A DNA stretch of 64,000 bases from Rickettsiales bacterium (GTDB taxonomy: Bacteria > Pseudomonadota > Alphaproteobacteria > Rickettsiales > UBA1997): the NCBI GenBank assembly GCA_049418765.1, contig JBMSJJ010000001.1:87529-151528 (forward strand), given 5' to 3'. The notes below the pieces were generated by a model, which was not told the DNA's origin, made no database searches, and worked only from the letters and a program-made list of their open reading frames with translations. A program made the position numbers and the translations under genes. This document shows, one piece after another, positions 1-9,631 of this stretch (its first letter is position 1; each line of letters begins with the position of its first letter).

Positions 1-412
1 TAAAATGCTGGTAAGTAATTTGAATTTCGCTCGATGTTTTTGCTTCATCAAAATTATGAGAATCAAGAGTTTTTGGAGAAGCCAAGGCAATTTCAGGATT
101 ATTTTCAAATTGCAAAATGGCATTTTCTAAATCTTGATTACGAATTAAAACATCCGGATTTAAAATTAGTGCAAAAGGCGTTTGGCATTGTCTTAAAGCA
201 ATATTATTAGCCCTACCAAAGCCCAAATTTTTTTCTTGAGCTAAAATTTTTACGCTGGAAAATTCTTCGGCAATAATTTTAGTGGTGTTATCGCTAGAAT
301 TATTATCTACAACAACTACCTCATAATCATTGACATTAAATGATGATAAGCATTTTCGAATTATATGTTCGCTGTTAAAAGTTACGATTATAATGGTAAG
401 TTTTTTTGTCAT
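1..412 (-). CDS. family 2 glycosyltransferase, partial (C-terminus runs off the window start)
   Basis: Own translation of the minus strand from ATG at 412-410 gives MTKKLTIIIVTFNSEHIIRKCLSSF..YEVVVVDNNSSDNT..LGFGRANN, a GT2 N-terminal signature. It is a paralogue of ORF 413-1306. Its ATG abuts that ORF's TAA with no spacer. Confidence 0.75.
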   Translation of the reverse strand, partial: MTKKLTIIIVTFNSEHIIRKCLSSFNVNDYEVVVVDNNSSDNTTKIIAEEFSSVKILAQEKNLGFGRANNIALRQCQTPFALILNPDVLIRNQDLENAILQFENNPEIALASPKTLDSHNFDEAKTSSEIQITYQHF

Positions 413-1306
413 TTACCCTCGCGGATTATCATTTTTATCAAAAGCTTTTAAGCCAATTAAATAAGATATAGTTCCAACTATTGATGCGATTTTAATGATA
501 ATTTTTTCGGGCTTCCAAATAAAAATGTAAAATAAGGTTTGCAAAGTAAAGGAAATGACCAGTTTAAATGCCGAAAAATGAGAGTTAGTTGGTCCTTTGA
601 CCTTTTCTTTCCAATGGAATTTTGACCAAGAACGATGCCAAAATCTTCGATATAAATTGCGATAATTTTTGCCACTTGACCCTTGCCCGATATGATAAGC
701 GAAGGCTTCGGCGTTGATTGCACAAATTTTGTTATTGGCAATTACGCGGTGGCAAATTTCATCATCTTCGTAATATAAAAAGATTTCTTCATCGTAAAAT
801 CCAACTTCTTGAAAAAAACTCATTCGTAAAATCAAACAGGCGCCAATTATATATTTTACTGATATGAAACCATTTTCTTGGCTTCGCAAATTTTTTTTAA
901 CTACCTTAATTTCTTCGTCAAAATCCTTTTGTTCAAATGGATATTTCTTTAGCAAAAGCGGAGCGCAAATTGCAATTTCTGGATTTTGATTTAAAGTTTG
1001 TAAGATAAGTTCGATATCTTTAGAAAAAATAAAGGCATCTGGGTTAAGAATCATGGCAAATTCGCTTTGCACCTGCCTTAATGCACAATTATTGCCGCGC
1101 CCATAGCCTAGATTTTTTTGATTTTTAATAATGGTGATTTTATTTGAAAAATTTTCTTCAATTATTTTTACAGTGTCATCTTTGCTGTTATTATCAACTA
1201 CAAAAACCGTACATAAATCTAGGTTAATTTTATTTAGGCATTGCAAAATCACTTTTGAGCTGTTGAAAGTGGTGATAATTATGGAGAGTTTTGGATTTAA
1301 AGACAT
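413..1306 (-). CDS. family 2 glycosyltransferase (rhamnosyltransferase-like)
   Basis: 297 aa. Contains KLSIIITTFNSS..VFVVDNNSKDDT..LGYGRGNN..YYEDDE, typical GT2 motifs. Tandem with a second GT2 and directly downstream of rmlA. Confidence 0.8.
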   Translation of the reverse strand: MSLNPKLSIIITTFNSSKVILQCLNKINLDLCTVFVVDNNSKDDTVKIIEENFSNKITIIKNQKNLGYGRGNNCALRQVQSEFAMILNPDAFIFSKDIELILQTLNQNPEIAICAPLLLKKYPFEQKDFDEEIKVVKKNLRSQENGFISVKYIIGACLILRMSFFQEVGFYDEEIFLYYEDDEICHRVIANNKICAINAEAFAYHIGQGSSGKNYRNLYRRFWHRSWSKFHWKEKVKGPTNSHFSAFKLVISFTLQTLFYIFIWKPEKIIIKIASIVGTISYLIGLKAFDKNDNPRG

Positions 1307-1307
1307 T

Positions 1308-2201
1308 TTAAATATCGTGAGAAAAAATTGTTTCTAAATATTTACGATAATCGGAATTTTTTTTGTAATTTTCGGTAAGTTTTAAAACTTGCTCCTTATT
1401 GATAAATCCTCGTTTAAAGGCAATTTCTTCAAGGCAGGCAATTTTCAAACCTTGGCGTTTTTCAATGGTTTGAATAAATTTAGCTGAATCCAAAAGCGAA
1501 TCTGGGGTTCCGGCATCTAGCCATGCAAAACCTTGTCCAAGCTTAATTATCCCTAATTTTCCTTGTGTCAAATAAACTTTATTGACATCGGTAATTTCAA
1601 GCTCGCCTCGGGCTGAAGGTTTTAGGTTTTTGGCAATTTTTACTACTTCATTATTGTAAATATAAAATCCAGTTACTGCCCAATTTGATTTTGGTTGAGT
1701 GGGTTTTTCTTCAATCGATAAAGCCATTTTTTTGCTTCCATCAAGCTCAACTACACCATATCTTTCTGGGTCAGAAACCTGATAAGCAAAAATATAGGCA
1801 TCAGTATTTTTCTCTTCTAAAGCATTTAAATAATGTTGAAAATTTTCGGAATTAAAATCTGACCCGTAAAAAATATTATCACCCAAAATCAAACAAACAT
1901 TATCATTGCCAATAAAATTTTCGCCAACAATAAATGCCTCAGCAATGCCTTTGGGTTGGTGTTGAATGGCATATGATAATTTTATGCCAAATTTTTCGCC
2001 ATTACCTAAAAATTTTTCAATATTTCCAGTATCTTCTGGGGTTGAAATAATTAAAATTTCGGTAATTCCGATATTCATTAATGTTGCCAGCGGATAACAA
2101 ATCATTGGCTTATCATAAACTGGTAATAGTTGTTTAGAAATAATTTGAGTTAATGGCGCCAAGCGAGTTCCACTGCCACCAGCAAGAATAATGCCTTTCA
2201 T
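1308..2201 (-). CDS. rmlA: glucose-1-phosphate thymidylyltransferase
   Basis: 297 aa with MKGIILAGGSGTRLAPLT at the N-terminus. Full-length RmlA/RfbA-like pattern (LGDNIFYG, EKP..PKSN, VTGFY). Confidence 0.9.
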   Translation of the reverse strand: MKGIILAGGSGTRLAPLTQIISKQLLPVYDKPMICYPLATLMNIGITEILIISTPEDTGNIEKFLGNGEKFGIKLSYAIQHQPKGIAEAFIVGENFIGNDNVCLILGDNIFYGSDFNSENFQHYLNALEEKNTDAYIFAYQVSDPERYGVVELDGSKKMALSIEEKPTQPKSNWAVTGFYIYNNEVVKIAKNLKPSARGELEITDVNKVYLTQGKLGIIKLGQGFAWLDAGTPDSLLDSAKFIQTIEKRQGLKIACLEEIAFKRGFINKEQVLKLTENYKKNSDYRKYLETIFSHDI

Positions 2202-2307
2202 ATTTTGTTGGTTAAATTAAAAAATTTTCGCATATTTTATAGTGCTATCCTTAAAAATCAAATCCAAAAATTTCAAATAATTAATTGTAATTTTTAATTT
2301 TTTTTAT

Positions 2308-3000
2308 ATGATTTTTATGGTAATTAACAAATTTCAAATAATGATGTCAAATAATTCTAACGCTAAAATTATTATTGCCATTGATGGTCCATCGGCTTCG
2401 GGCAAAGGGACTGTTGCCAAAAAAATCGCTGATCATTTTAATATTGCTTATCTTAATACAGGAGCCTTATATCGAGCGATTGCCTTACAAATGCAAGTTC
2501 AGCAAATTGCCATTGAAGATTTGGATAAATTTTTGCCAGAAATTGCCTTAAAATTGCAATATAAAGATTTAGAAAATCCAAAATTATTTCTTGAAAATTG
2601 TGGGCAGTTGGCTTCAAAAATTGCTCAAAATCCGCGTTTAAGAAATGATTTATTGGATTATCAAAAAAATTTCGTCAAAGAAAACTCTTTGGGTTGCGTT
2701 CTTGATGGTCGAGATACTACAACGGTAATTTGTCCTGAAGCGAATTTTAAATTTTTTATTACAGCAAATGTCGAAATTCGCGCCAAAAGACGCTATTTGC
2801 AACTTAAAGACAGCTCACCTTTAATCGAATATTCACAAATTTTACAACAGCTAAAAGACCGTGACGCCAATGATTTGAATCGAGAGTTTGCTCCTTTAAA
2901 AATTGCAGATGATGCAATATTTATTGACAATGGAGACCTAACAATTGCTCAAACTTTTGACTTAATTTTAAAACATATTAATCTAAAAATTTCTAAATAA
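2308..3000 (+). CDS. cmk: cytidylate kinase
   Basis: IIIAIDGPSASGKGTVAK P-loop and overall Cmk pattern. The true start may be the ATG ATG at 2341. The stop overlaps the purH ATG (TAATG). Confidence 0.9.
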   Translation: MIFMVINKFQIMMSNNSNAKIIIAIDGPSASGKGTVAKKIADHFNIAYLNTGALYRAIALQMQVQQIAIEDLDKFLPEIALKLQYKDLENPKLFLENCGQLASKIAQNPRLRNDLLDYQKNFVKENSLGCVLDGRDTTTVICPEANFKFFITANVEIRAKRRYLQLKDSSPLIEYSQILQQLKDRDANDLNREFAPLKIADDAIFIDNGDLTIAQTFDLILKHINLKISK

Positions 3001-4547
3001 TGCCTAATTTACAAAAAATTTCTCGTTGCTTAATATCAGTTTCTAACAAAGAATCGGTGGTGGATTTGGCAAATTTTTTACATAAAAATAATATCGAAAT
3101 AATTTCAACTGGTGGCACCTATAATTTGCTTAAACAAAACAATATACCAGCAATTGAAATTTCACAATTTACCAATTTTCCTGAAATTATGGAAGGTCGC
3201 TTAAAAACCCTTCACCCCAAGGTTCATGGTGGATTGCTTGGCATTAATAATAGCGAATTACACAATAAAGAAGCTAAGGAAAATGATATTTCTTCGATTG
3301 ATTTGCTGATCGTTAATTTATACCCTTTCAAAGAGACCGTTGCCAGCACTTTAGATGAAGAAAAAATTATTGAAAATATTGATATTGGTGGTCCTGCTAT
3401 GGTGCGTTCGGCTGGAAAAAACTTTGCATTCAAAACCGTAATTACTTCGCCAAATAATTATAGTGATTTAATCTTAGAGCTTAAGCAAAATCAAAATCAT
3501 ACTTCATTTGAATTTCGCAAAAAAATGGCCTCAATTGCCTTCAAAAATATTGCCGATTATGATTTAGCAATCGCAAATTGGTTTAATCATGATAATTTTT
3601 CATTGGTTGGAAGTTTAAAACAAAAATTGCGTTACGGCGAGAATTCTCACCAATTTGCCGAAGTTTATAAAGTTGAAAATATTGATTTTGGTATTGTAAA
3701 TTCAATTCAAATTCAAGGTAAGGAATTGAGTTATAATAATTATAATGATGCTGAAAGTGCTTTAGCATTGATTCTAGAATTTAGCCAGCCTTCATCGGCA
3801 ATCATTAAACATGGAAATCCTTGCGGGGTGGCTTCGTCTTCCAATATCGTTGATGCTTATAAAAAATCTCTTGCTTGCGATCCAAAAAGTGCTTTTGGCG
3901 GAATCGTTGCCCTAAATAATGAAATTAATGATGAACTCGCCAATGAACTTGCAAAAATGTTTTACGAAGTCATCATTGCTCCAAGTATTACTAATAGTGC
4001 GCGTGAAATTTTGGCAAGTAAAAAAAACCTACGAGTTTTGATTTCAAAATATCAAAAAAACACTCATCGTCAAGTAAAAACTATTTCTGGAGGGTTCTTG
4101 GTTCAGGATCAAGACCATATTGATTTTAGTGTAAATGACATAAGATTGGTTTCAAAAAAAGCCATTAATGATTATGAAATGGAGCAATTAATTTTTGCCA
4201 TGAGAGTTTGTAAGCATGTGAAATCTAATGCGGTTGTAGTCGTTAAAAATTTACAAACATTTGGGCTTGGAGTTGGTCAAACTAGCAGGGTTGACTCCTC
4301 AGAAATTGCGTGCAAAAAAGCTCAAAATTATTTTGATGGCGAAAAAATTATTGATAACGCCAAAGGCTCTTATTTGGCTTCCGACGCTTTTTTTCCATTT
4401 GCCGATAATATCGAAATAGCTCATAAATATGGAGTCAAAGCTGTAATTGCTCCTGCTGGCTCAATGCGCGATGGCGAGGTAATTGATAAGGCTGACGAAC
4501 TCGGTATCGCCTTGTATTTTATTACTTCAAGACATTTTAAACATTAA
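3000..4547 (+). CDS. purH: bifunctional AICAR formyltransferase / IMP cyclohydrolase
   Basis: 515 aa with ALISVSNK-like N-terminus, TGGT, KTLHPKVHGG, NLYPF, IKHGNPCGVA and a C-terminal TSRHFKH. Confidence 0.95.
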   Translation: MPNLQKISRCLISVSNKESVVDLANFLHKNNIEIISTGGTYNLLKQNNIPAIEISQFTNFPEIMEGRLKTLHPKVHGGLLGINNSELHNKEAKENDISSIDLLIVNLYPFKETVASTLDEEKIIENIDIGGPAMVRSAGKNFAFKTVITSPNNYSDLILELKQNQNHTSFEFRKKMASIAFKNIADYDLAIANWFNHDNFSLVGSLKQKLRYGENSHQFAEVYKVENIDFGIVNSIQIQGKELSYNNYNDAESALALILEFSQPSSAIIKHGNPCGVASSSNIVDAYKKSLACDPKSAFGGIVALNNEINDELANELAKMFYEVIIAPSITNSAREILASKKNLRVLISKYQKNTHRQVKTISGGFLVQDQDHIDFSVNDIRLVSKKAINDYEMEQLIFAMRVCKHVKSNAVVVVKNLQTFGLGVGQTSRVDSSEIACKKAQNYFDGEKIIDNAKGSYLASDAFFPFADNIEIAHKYGVKAVIAPAGSMRDGEVIDKADELGIALYFITSRHFKH

Positions 4548-4557
4548 TTTTTGACAA

Positions 4558-6348
4558 ATGACTTCAAAAAAATTTAGCAATGAATCATTGCCAACATGGG
4601 ATTTGACTGATTTATACAACTCAATTTCGGATAAGGAAATTACTAAGGATTTCAAAATAATTAATAAAAAATGTGATGATTTTGTTGAAAAATATCAAAA
4701 TAAAATTGACAAAATTTCTGCCAAAGATTTGTTGCAAGCAATCAAAAATTATGAAGAAATATCTCAAAAAATCAGTAAAATTTCTACCTATTCATATTTG
4801 GTTTATTCAAGCGATTTATCCAATCAAGATAACATTAATTTTTATCAAAATACTTCGGAAAAAATTAATGATTTAGAAAATAAAATTTTGTTTTTTTGCC
4901 TAGAATTAAATGAAATATCAAATAAAAAATTTGATGATTTATTTGCCGATAATTCCTTAAAATTTTATCAACCTTTTTTGCGAGATTTACGAGTTTTTAA
5001 ACCTTATCAACTTTCTAAAGAACTTGAAAAATTTGCCCTTGAAAAAGATATAACTTCTCGCTCGGCTTTTGTTCGTCTCTTTGACGAAACTATCAATAAT
5101 TTAAAATTTTCTTACGAAAATAAATCATTAAATTCGCAAGAAACTTTTGATTTATTGTCAAATACCGACAGAAATATTCGCCAAAAAGCTGGACAATCAA
5201 TTATCGAAACTTTTGGCAATAATGCGAAATTATTTGCTTTTATTACCAATATTTTGGCCAAAGATAAAGCCATAATTGACCAATATCGAGGCTTTAAAAA
5301 TCCGATTTCACCACGAAATTTAACCAATTTTGTTGAAGATAAAATTGTCGAAACCTTAATTGAAAATGTTAAAGATAATTATGCAAATATTTCACACAAA
5401 TATTATCAATTAAAAGCTAAAATTCTAAATTTACCAAAGCTTGATTTCTATGATCGCGGTGCCCCACTTTTTTCAAAAGATAATGAAAAAATTTCATGGG
5501 ATGATGCCAAAAATTTAGTGCTAGATGCCTATCAAGAATTTAACCCGCAAATGGCACAAATTGCCAAAAAATTTTTTGATAATAATTGGATTGATGCAAA
5601 AGTTGTTGCCGGTAAAGACTCTGGAGCCTATTCGCATCCTTGTGTGCCTGATGTTCACCCTTATATTTTAATGAATTTTCAAGGGAAAACTCGCGATGTT
5701 ATGACCCTTGCTCACGAGCTTGGTCACGGCATTCATCAATATTTGGCAAGAAAGCAAGGACATTTAATGGCTCAAACCCCGTTAACATTAGCGGAAACTG
5801 CTTCGGTTTTTGGAGAGCAATTGGTGTTTCAAAAAATTTTAAATAATGAAAAAAACCCGCAAAAAAAACGCATAATTATTGCCAATAAAATTGAAGATAT
5901 GATTAATACGGTGGTTCGCCAAATCGCATTTTTGGATTTTGAAAGCAAAATACATAATGCTCGCAAAAAATATGAATTACCCCTTGATGAAATCAATAAT
6001 TATTGGCTTGAGGTGCAAAAAGAAAGTTTGGGTTCGGCATTTAATTTTGATGATGGTTATAAATATTTTTGGTGTTATATTCCACATTTCATTCATTCGC
6101 CTTTTTATGTTTATTCATATGCCTTTGGTGATTGCTTGGTAAATTCATTATATGGAATTTATCAACAAAATAAAATTAAAGATTTTGATAAAAAATATAT
6201 ACAAATGCTTGAGCTTGGAGGAACTAAGCATCATAAAGCAATGCTTGAGCCATTTGGTTTGGATATTTCTAAAAGCGATTTTTGGCAATCGGGTTTAAAT
6301 GTAATTATTGGCTATATTAATCAACTAGATGACCTTCTTAAAGATTAG
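4558..6348 (+). CDS. pepF: oligoendopeptidase F (M3B zinc metallopeptidase)
   Basis: 596 aa with the HELGH zinc motif (TLAHELGHGIHQ) and length and pattern of the PepF family. Confidence 0.85.
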   Translation: MTSKKFSNESLPTWDLTDLYNSISDKEITKDFKIINKKCDDFVEKYQNKIDKISAKDLLQAIKNYEEISQKISKISTYSYLVYSSDLSNQDNINFYQNTSEKINDLENKILFFCLELNEISNKKFDDLFADNSLKFYQPFLRDLRVFKPYQLSKELEKFALEKDITSRSAFVRLFDETINNLKFSYENKSLNSQETFDLLSNTDRNIRQKAGQSIIETFGNNAKLFAFITNILAKDKAIIDQYRGFKNPISPRNLTNFVEDKIVETLIENVKDNYANISHKYYQLKAKILNLPKLDFYDRGAPLFSKDNEKISWDDAKNLVLDAYQEFNPQMAQIAKKFFDNNWIDAKVVAGKDSGAYSHPCVPDVHPYILMNFQGKTRDVMTLAHELGHGIHQYLARKQGHLMAQTPLTLAETASVFGEQLVFQKILNNEKNPQKKRIIIANKIEDMINTVVRQIAFLDFESKIHNARKKYELPLDEINNYWLEVQKESLGSAFNFDDGYKYFWCYIPHFIHSPFYVYSYAFGDCLVNSLYGIYQQNKIKDFDKKYIQMLELGGTKHHKAMLEPFGLDISKSDFWQSGLNVIIGYINQLDDLLKD

Positions 6349-6585
6349 TAGCAGATTTTTTAAGGGGAAAAAAATATTTGCAATTGTTTTTTTTATAATT
6401 AAAATATTTGCCAAGAAAATTTTGATGTTTAATCAAAATCTCAATTTTAAATTCCACAAATATTAACATTTTGGTGTTTATTTAATGGTCTTCGACCCTC
6501 GGGAAAGAAGAATTCAAAAAACTTTGTTTTTTAAAAATTAAATAAATTTCGTTGATATTTGGTAACAAACCAAATTTTTAAATAT

Positions 6586-7554
6586 ATGTCAAAACAAGAA
6601 CTTCCGCAATTTAGCATCCGTCAACTTATTGAAGCTGGTTTTCACTTCGGTCACAAAACTATGCGTCGTAATCCAAAAATGGCAAAATATATTCACACTA
6701 GTAGAAATGGCGTGAGCATTATTGATCTTAACAAAACCGCCCAAATGCTTCACACAAGCTTAAAAATTGTTAAAGAAATCGCCAAAAATAATGGCAGAAT
6801 TTTATTTATTGCTACAAAAAAACAAGCAATTGAACCAGTTGCTGATGCTGCCAAAAGATCAGGTCAATATTATGTCAATTTTCGTTGGTTAGGTGGAATG
6901 CTTACTAACTGGAAAACTGTTTCTCAATCAATCAAAACTCTCAAAAAAGTTGAAGAGCAACTTGCCGATACCGAAGTTGGTTATAACAAAAAAGAAAAAT
7001 TGAACCTTGAAAGACAAAGATTAAAACTCGAGCATAATCTTGGTGGCATCAAAAATATGGGTGGCTATCCAGATTTAGTTATCGTAATTGATACTAATAA
7101 AGAATCGCTAGCAATTGCCGAAGCCAAAAAACTTAATGTTCCTATCATGGCATTAGTTGATACTAACTGCAATCCAGATGATATAACTTTTGTGGTTCCT
7201 GGCAATGATGACTCAGCTAAATCAATCAAATTATTTTGTCGTTTAATCTCTGATGCAATTATCGCTGGAATTAAAGAAAATATGATCTCTCAGGGTCTTG
7301 ATGTAAGTAAAATTGACAGTCAAGGTATTGTCAATAATCTGCCTGAAAAAAAATCAGAAAAAAAGGAAGATAAATTTGTTAAGTTCGACAAAAAATCTCC
7401 AAAAAAATCAGAAAATAATGAGTTAGAATCTACAGCTGATGAAGATAAAAAATCTCCTAAAAAATCAAAATTTTCTGAAAAAAAGGTAGAAAAAACCGAA
7501 GTAAAAGTTGTAACCAAAAAACCATCTTCTAAAAAAACTGATGGAAAAAAATAA
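6586..7554 (+). CDS. rpsB: 30S ribosomal protein S2 with a Lys-rich C-terminal extension
   Basis: MSKQELPQFSIRQLIEAGFHFGH..RWLGGMLTNW are canonical S2 motifs. The ATG at 6586 (10th codon of the listed ORF, which begins at a TTG) is the more plausible start. It sits immediately upstream of tsf. Confidence 0.95.
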   Translation: MSKQELPQFSIRQLIEAGFHFGHKTMRRNPKMAKYIHTSRNGVSIIDLNKTAQMLHTSLKIVKEIAKNNGRILFIATKKQAIEPVADAAKRSGQYYVNFRWLGGMLTNWKTVSQSIKTLKKVEEQLADTEVGYNKKEKLNLERQRLKLEHNLGGIKNMGGYPDLVIVIDTNKESLAIAEAKKLNVPIMALVDTNCNPDDITFVVPGNDDSAKSIKLFCRLISDAIIAGIKENMISQGLDVSKIDSQGIVNNLPEKKSEKKEDKFVKFDKKSPKKSENNELESTADEDKKSPKKSKFSEKKVEKTEVKVVTKKPSSKKTDGKK

Positions 7555-7591
7555 TTTTTAACAATTTAATAATAACTTAATTTTAAATAAA

Positions 7592-8482
7592 ATGGCAGAT
7601 CTATCACTCATAAAAAAACTTCGCGAAGCCACAGGTTGTGGTATCGCAGATTGCAACAAAGCATTAGCCGAAAATAAAGATGATTTTGAGAAATCAGTTG
7701 ATTGGCTTCGTAAAAAAGGTTTAGCTTCGGCTTCAAAAAAAGCCGGAAGAGTTGCTTCGGAAGGATTGGTCGCGGTTGCTATTGATGGTAATATTGGCTC
7801 CATCATCGAAGTTAATTCTGAGACCGATTTCGTTGCTCGTAATGACAAGTTTCAAGATTTCGTTGCCAAGGTTTCTAAAGAAGCAATAAAATATGGCAAT
7901 GACATTGCCAAATTTCAAGCTGACAAAGATGAAGAAGTTAAATCGCAAATTGGTGTTATTGGAGAAAATATTAACATCCGCCGTATTGATTCGCTAAAAG
8001 TCAATAAGGGTCAAATCGTCAGCTATATCCACAATGTTGTGGCTAATCAAATGGGCAAAATTGCGGTTTTGGTGGCATTTGATTCTGTGGCTTCTGCGGA
8101 TAAACTTACCGAAATTGGCAAACAAGTTGCTATGCATATTGCTGCAGCTAAACCTGATGCTTTAAACATCGAAGCAGTTGACCCAGCTAAATTAGCTCGT
8201 GAAACCGATGTTTTAAAAGAACAGGCTAGAGCTTCTGGCAAGCCTGAAAGCATCATCGAAAAAATGATGGAAGGTAGAATTCGTAAATATTACGAAGAGG
8301 TAGTTTTGCTTGAGCAAGCCTTTGTAATGGACGATAAAGTAAAAATTAAGGATTTAGTTGCTAATTTTGCCAAAATTAATGGCGAAACTAAAATTTCAGG
8401 CTTCAAATTATTTATTTTGGGCGACGGCCTTGAAAAAAAAGAAAATAATTTTGCTGAAGAAGTTGCTTCAATGCAAAAATAA
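7592..8482 (+). CDS. tsf: translation elongation factor Ts
   Basis: MADLSLIKKLREATGCGIADCNKAL (UBA-like N-terminus) plus conserved rpsB-tsf synteny. Confidence 0.95.
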   Translation: MADLSLIKKLREATGCGIADCNKALAENKDDFEKSVDWLRKKGLASASKKAGRVASEGLVAVAIDGNIGSIIEVNSETDFVARNDKFQDFVAKVSKEAIKYGNDIAKFQADKDEEVKSQIGVIGENINIRRIDSLKVNKGQIVSYIHNVVANQMGKIAVLVAFDSVASADKLTEIGKQVAMHIAAAKPDALNIEAVDPAKLARETDVLKEQARASGKPESIIEKMMEGRIRKYYEEVVLLEQAFVMDDKVKIKDLVANFAKINGETKISGFKLFILGDGLEKKENNFAEEVASMQK

Positions 8483-8536
8483 TTTTAGAAAAATCTTTAT
8501 CAAAAATTTTTTGTTTAATATTTTTCTTTTTAAATT

Positions 8537-8579
8537 AGTGGTTTTGAATATAAATTTTTATATTTAAAACCACTTTTTT
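8537..8579. terminator. long AT-rich hairpin plus T-run between convergent genes (putative rho-independent terminator)
   Basis: agtggttttgaatataaa / tttatatttaaaaccact forms a stem of about 17 bp (one G-U), followed by tttttt. It lies between the tsf stop (8482) and the stop of the convergent ORF (8619). Confidence 0.55.
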
Positions 8580-8618
8580 GTTTAATATGATTATAAAACA
8601 ATTAATTATAAATATAGA

Positions 8619-9572
8619 TTATTTATTTTTGCTTGAATTATTTCCATTAAAAAAATTGATAATAGCATTTTGAATTTCCTCTATAGGATTTGAAGGTGAT
8701 GAATTTGGTGGTTCATTTTTTTTCACATCATCTAATAAACCTAATGATAATATACTTAAAGCTGAACAAAATAAAGAATCTACTGAGCAATCAATTTTTT
8801 TATCATTTTTTCTAGATGAATTGTTTGGGTGTTTGGTGGGATTGTTTGAGTGTTCGGTGGGATTGTTTGAGTGTTCGGTGGGATTTTTTGATTTATACCA
8901 ATTAACAGTAGGAGGTGTTATTGGATTTGAAATAACTTTTATTGGAACATTAGCTCGATGGGATTCAATTGATGGTTTGAGTTTTTTTTCCGAAGTAATT
9001 TTATCTTCAAATGTGGGTTTGCTGATGTTATTATAGAATAATTTTATTTCTTCCCTTATTTTTTCAGAACACACTTCTGCAAAAGATAAAAATGTTCCAA
9101 ATAGTTTTATAAACCTAGGGCCTGTTTGCGTTTTATCTTGTTGTATCTCAGATAATTTTTTATTTAATTCGATTAATTTTTTTTCTATAATTCTAATAGT
9201 TTCAATTTCTTTTATGCTTGGTTTTTGTTTAATAGTTTTATCTTCTATGCCATGCGTTAAATTAGATTTTAAATCGCATTCATTAAGACTACTTTTTTTT
9301 TCTAATTCATCCTCAGGTAAAATTTTAATTTTATGAGTTTTTATATATTTAGCTCTTTTATATTTTATTTTATTAAATATTTTTTCAAGATTAAGTACAG
9401 AATTTTCATTGCGATTTAATACAGATAATACATCACTTTTGTATACAAGTTTGAAAGTTTCGATAATTTCTTCTGATAATTTTATCGCATCACTTATCTT
9501 ATTAATTAGACTATGTTCTTTGTTATTATGATTAGTAGTTGTATCTATTTTTGTCGTAGTGTAATTATTCAT
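8619..9572 (-). CDS. hypothetical protein with a heptapeptide tandem repeat (NPTEHSN x3); no recognisable domain
   Basis: 317-aa ORF with coding-like composition. N-terminal two thirds are predicted helical and charged, followed by NPTEHSNNPTEHSNNPTKHPNN and a short hydrophobic segment. I recognise no family. Confidence 0.6.
   Translation of the reverse strand: MNNYTTTKIDTTTNHNNKEHSLINKISDAIKLSEEIIETFKLVYKSDVLSVLNRNENSVLNLEKIFNKIKYKRAKYIKTHKIKILPEDELEKKSSLNECDLKSNLTHGIEDKTIKQKPSIKEIETIRIIEKKLIELNKKLSEIQQDKTQTGPRFIKLFGTFLSFAEVCSEKIREEIKLFYNNISKPTFEDKITSEKKLKPSIESHRANVPIKVISNPITPPTVNWYKSKNPTEHSNNPTEHSNNPTKHPNNSSRKNDKKIDCSVDSLFCSALSILSLGLLDDVKKNEPPNSSPSNPIEEIQNAIINFFNGNNSSKNK
8814..8885. repeat. 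21-bp tandem repeat, about 3.4 copies, inside the CDS
   Basis: ggtgggattgtttgagtgttc is perfect at 8835-8855 and 8856-8876. There is a partial copy at 8877-8885 and a degenerate copy at 8814-8834 (15/21 by hand). It is in frame (7 codons per unit). Confidence 0.85.
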
Positions 9573-9631
9573 AATGAATTTGAGTTAATTTTTTAAAAAA
9601 ATAAATTAAATCTTATGAAAAAATTTTAAAA

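Noticed and set aside
478-741. Small overlapping or antisense ORFs throughout the track (for example 478-741, 1131-1337, 3224-3433, 12758-13117, 24166-24450, 40002-40337, 54333-54695, 59776-60021).
   Set aside because: All are nested in or antisense to better-supported genes and show no recognisable features.
8814-8885. Checked whether the 21-bp direct repeats could be a CRISPR array.
   Set aside because: The repeats are contiguous with no spacers, in frame inside a CDS, and only about 3.4 copies long. No cas genes are present in the window.
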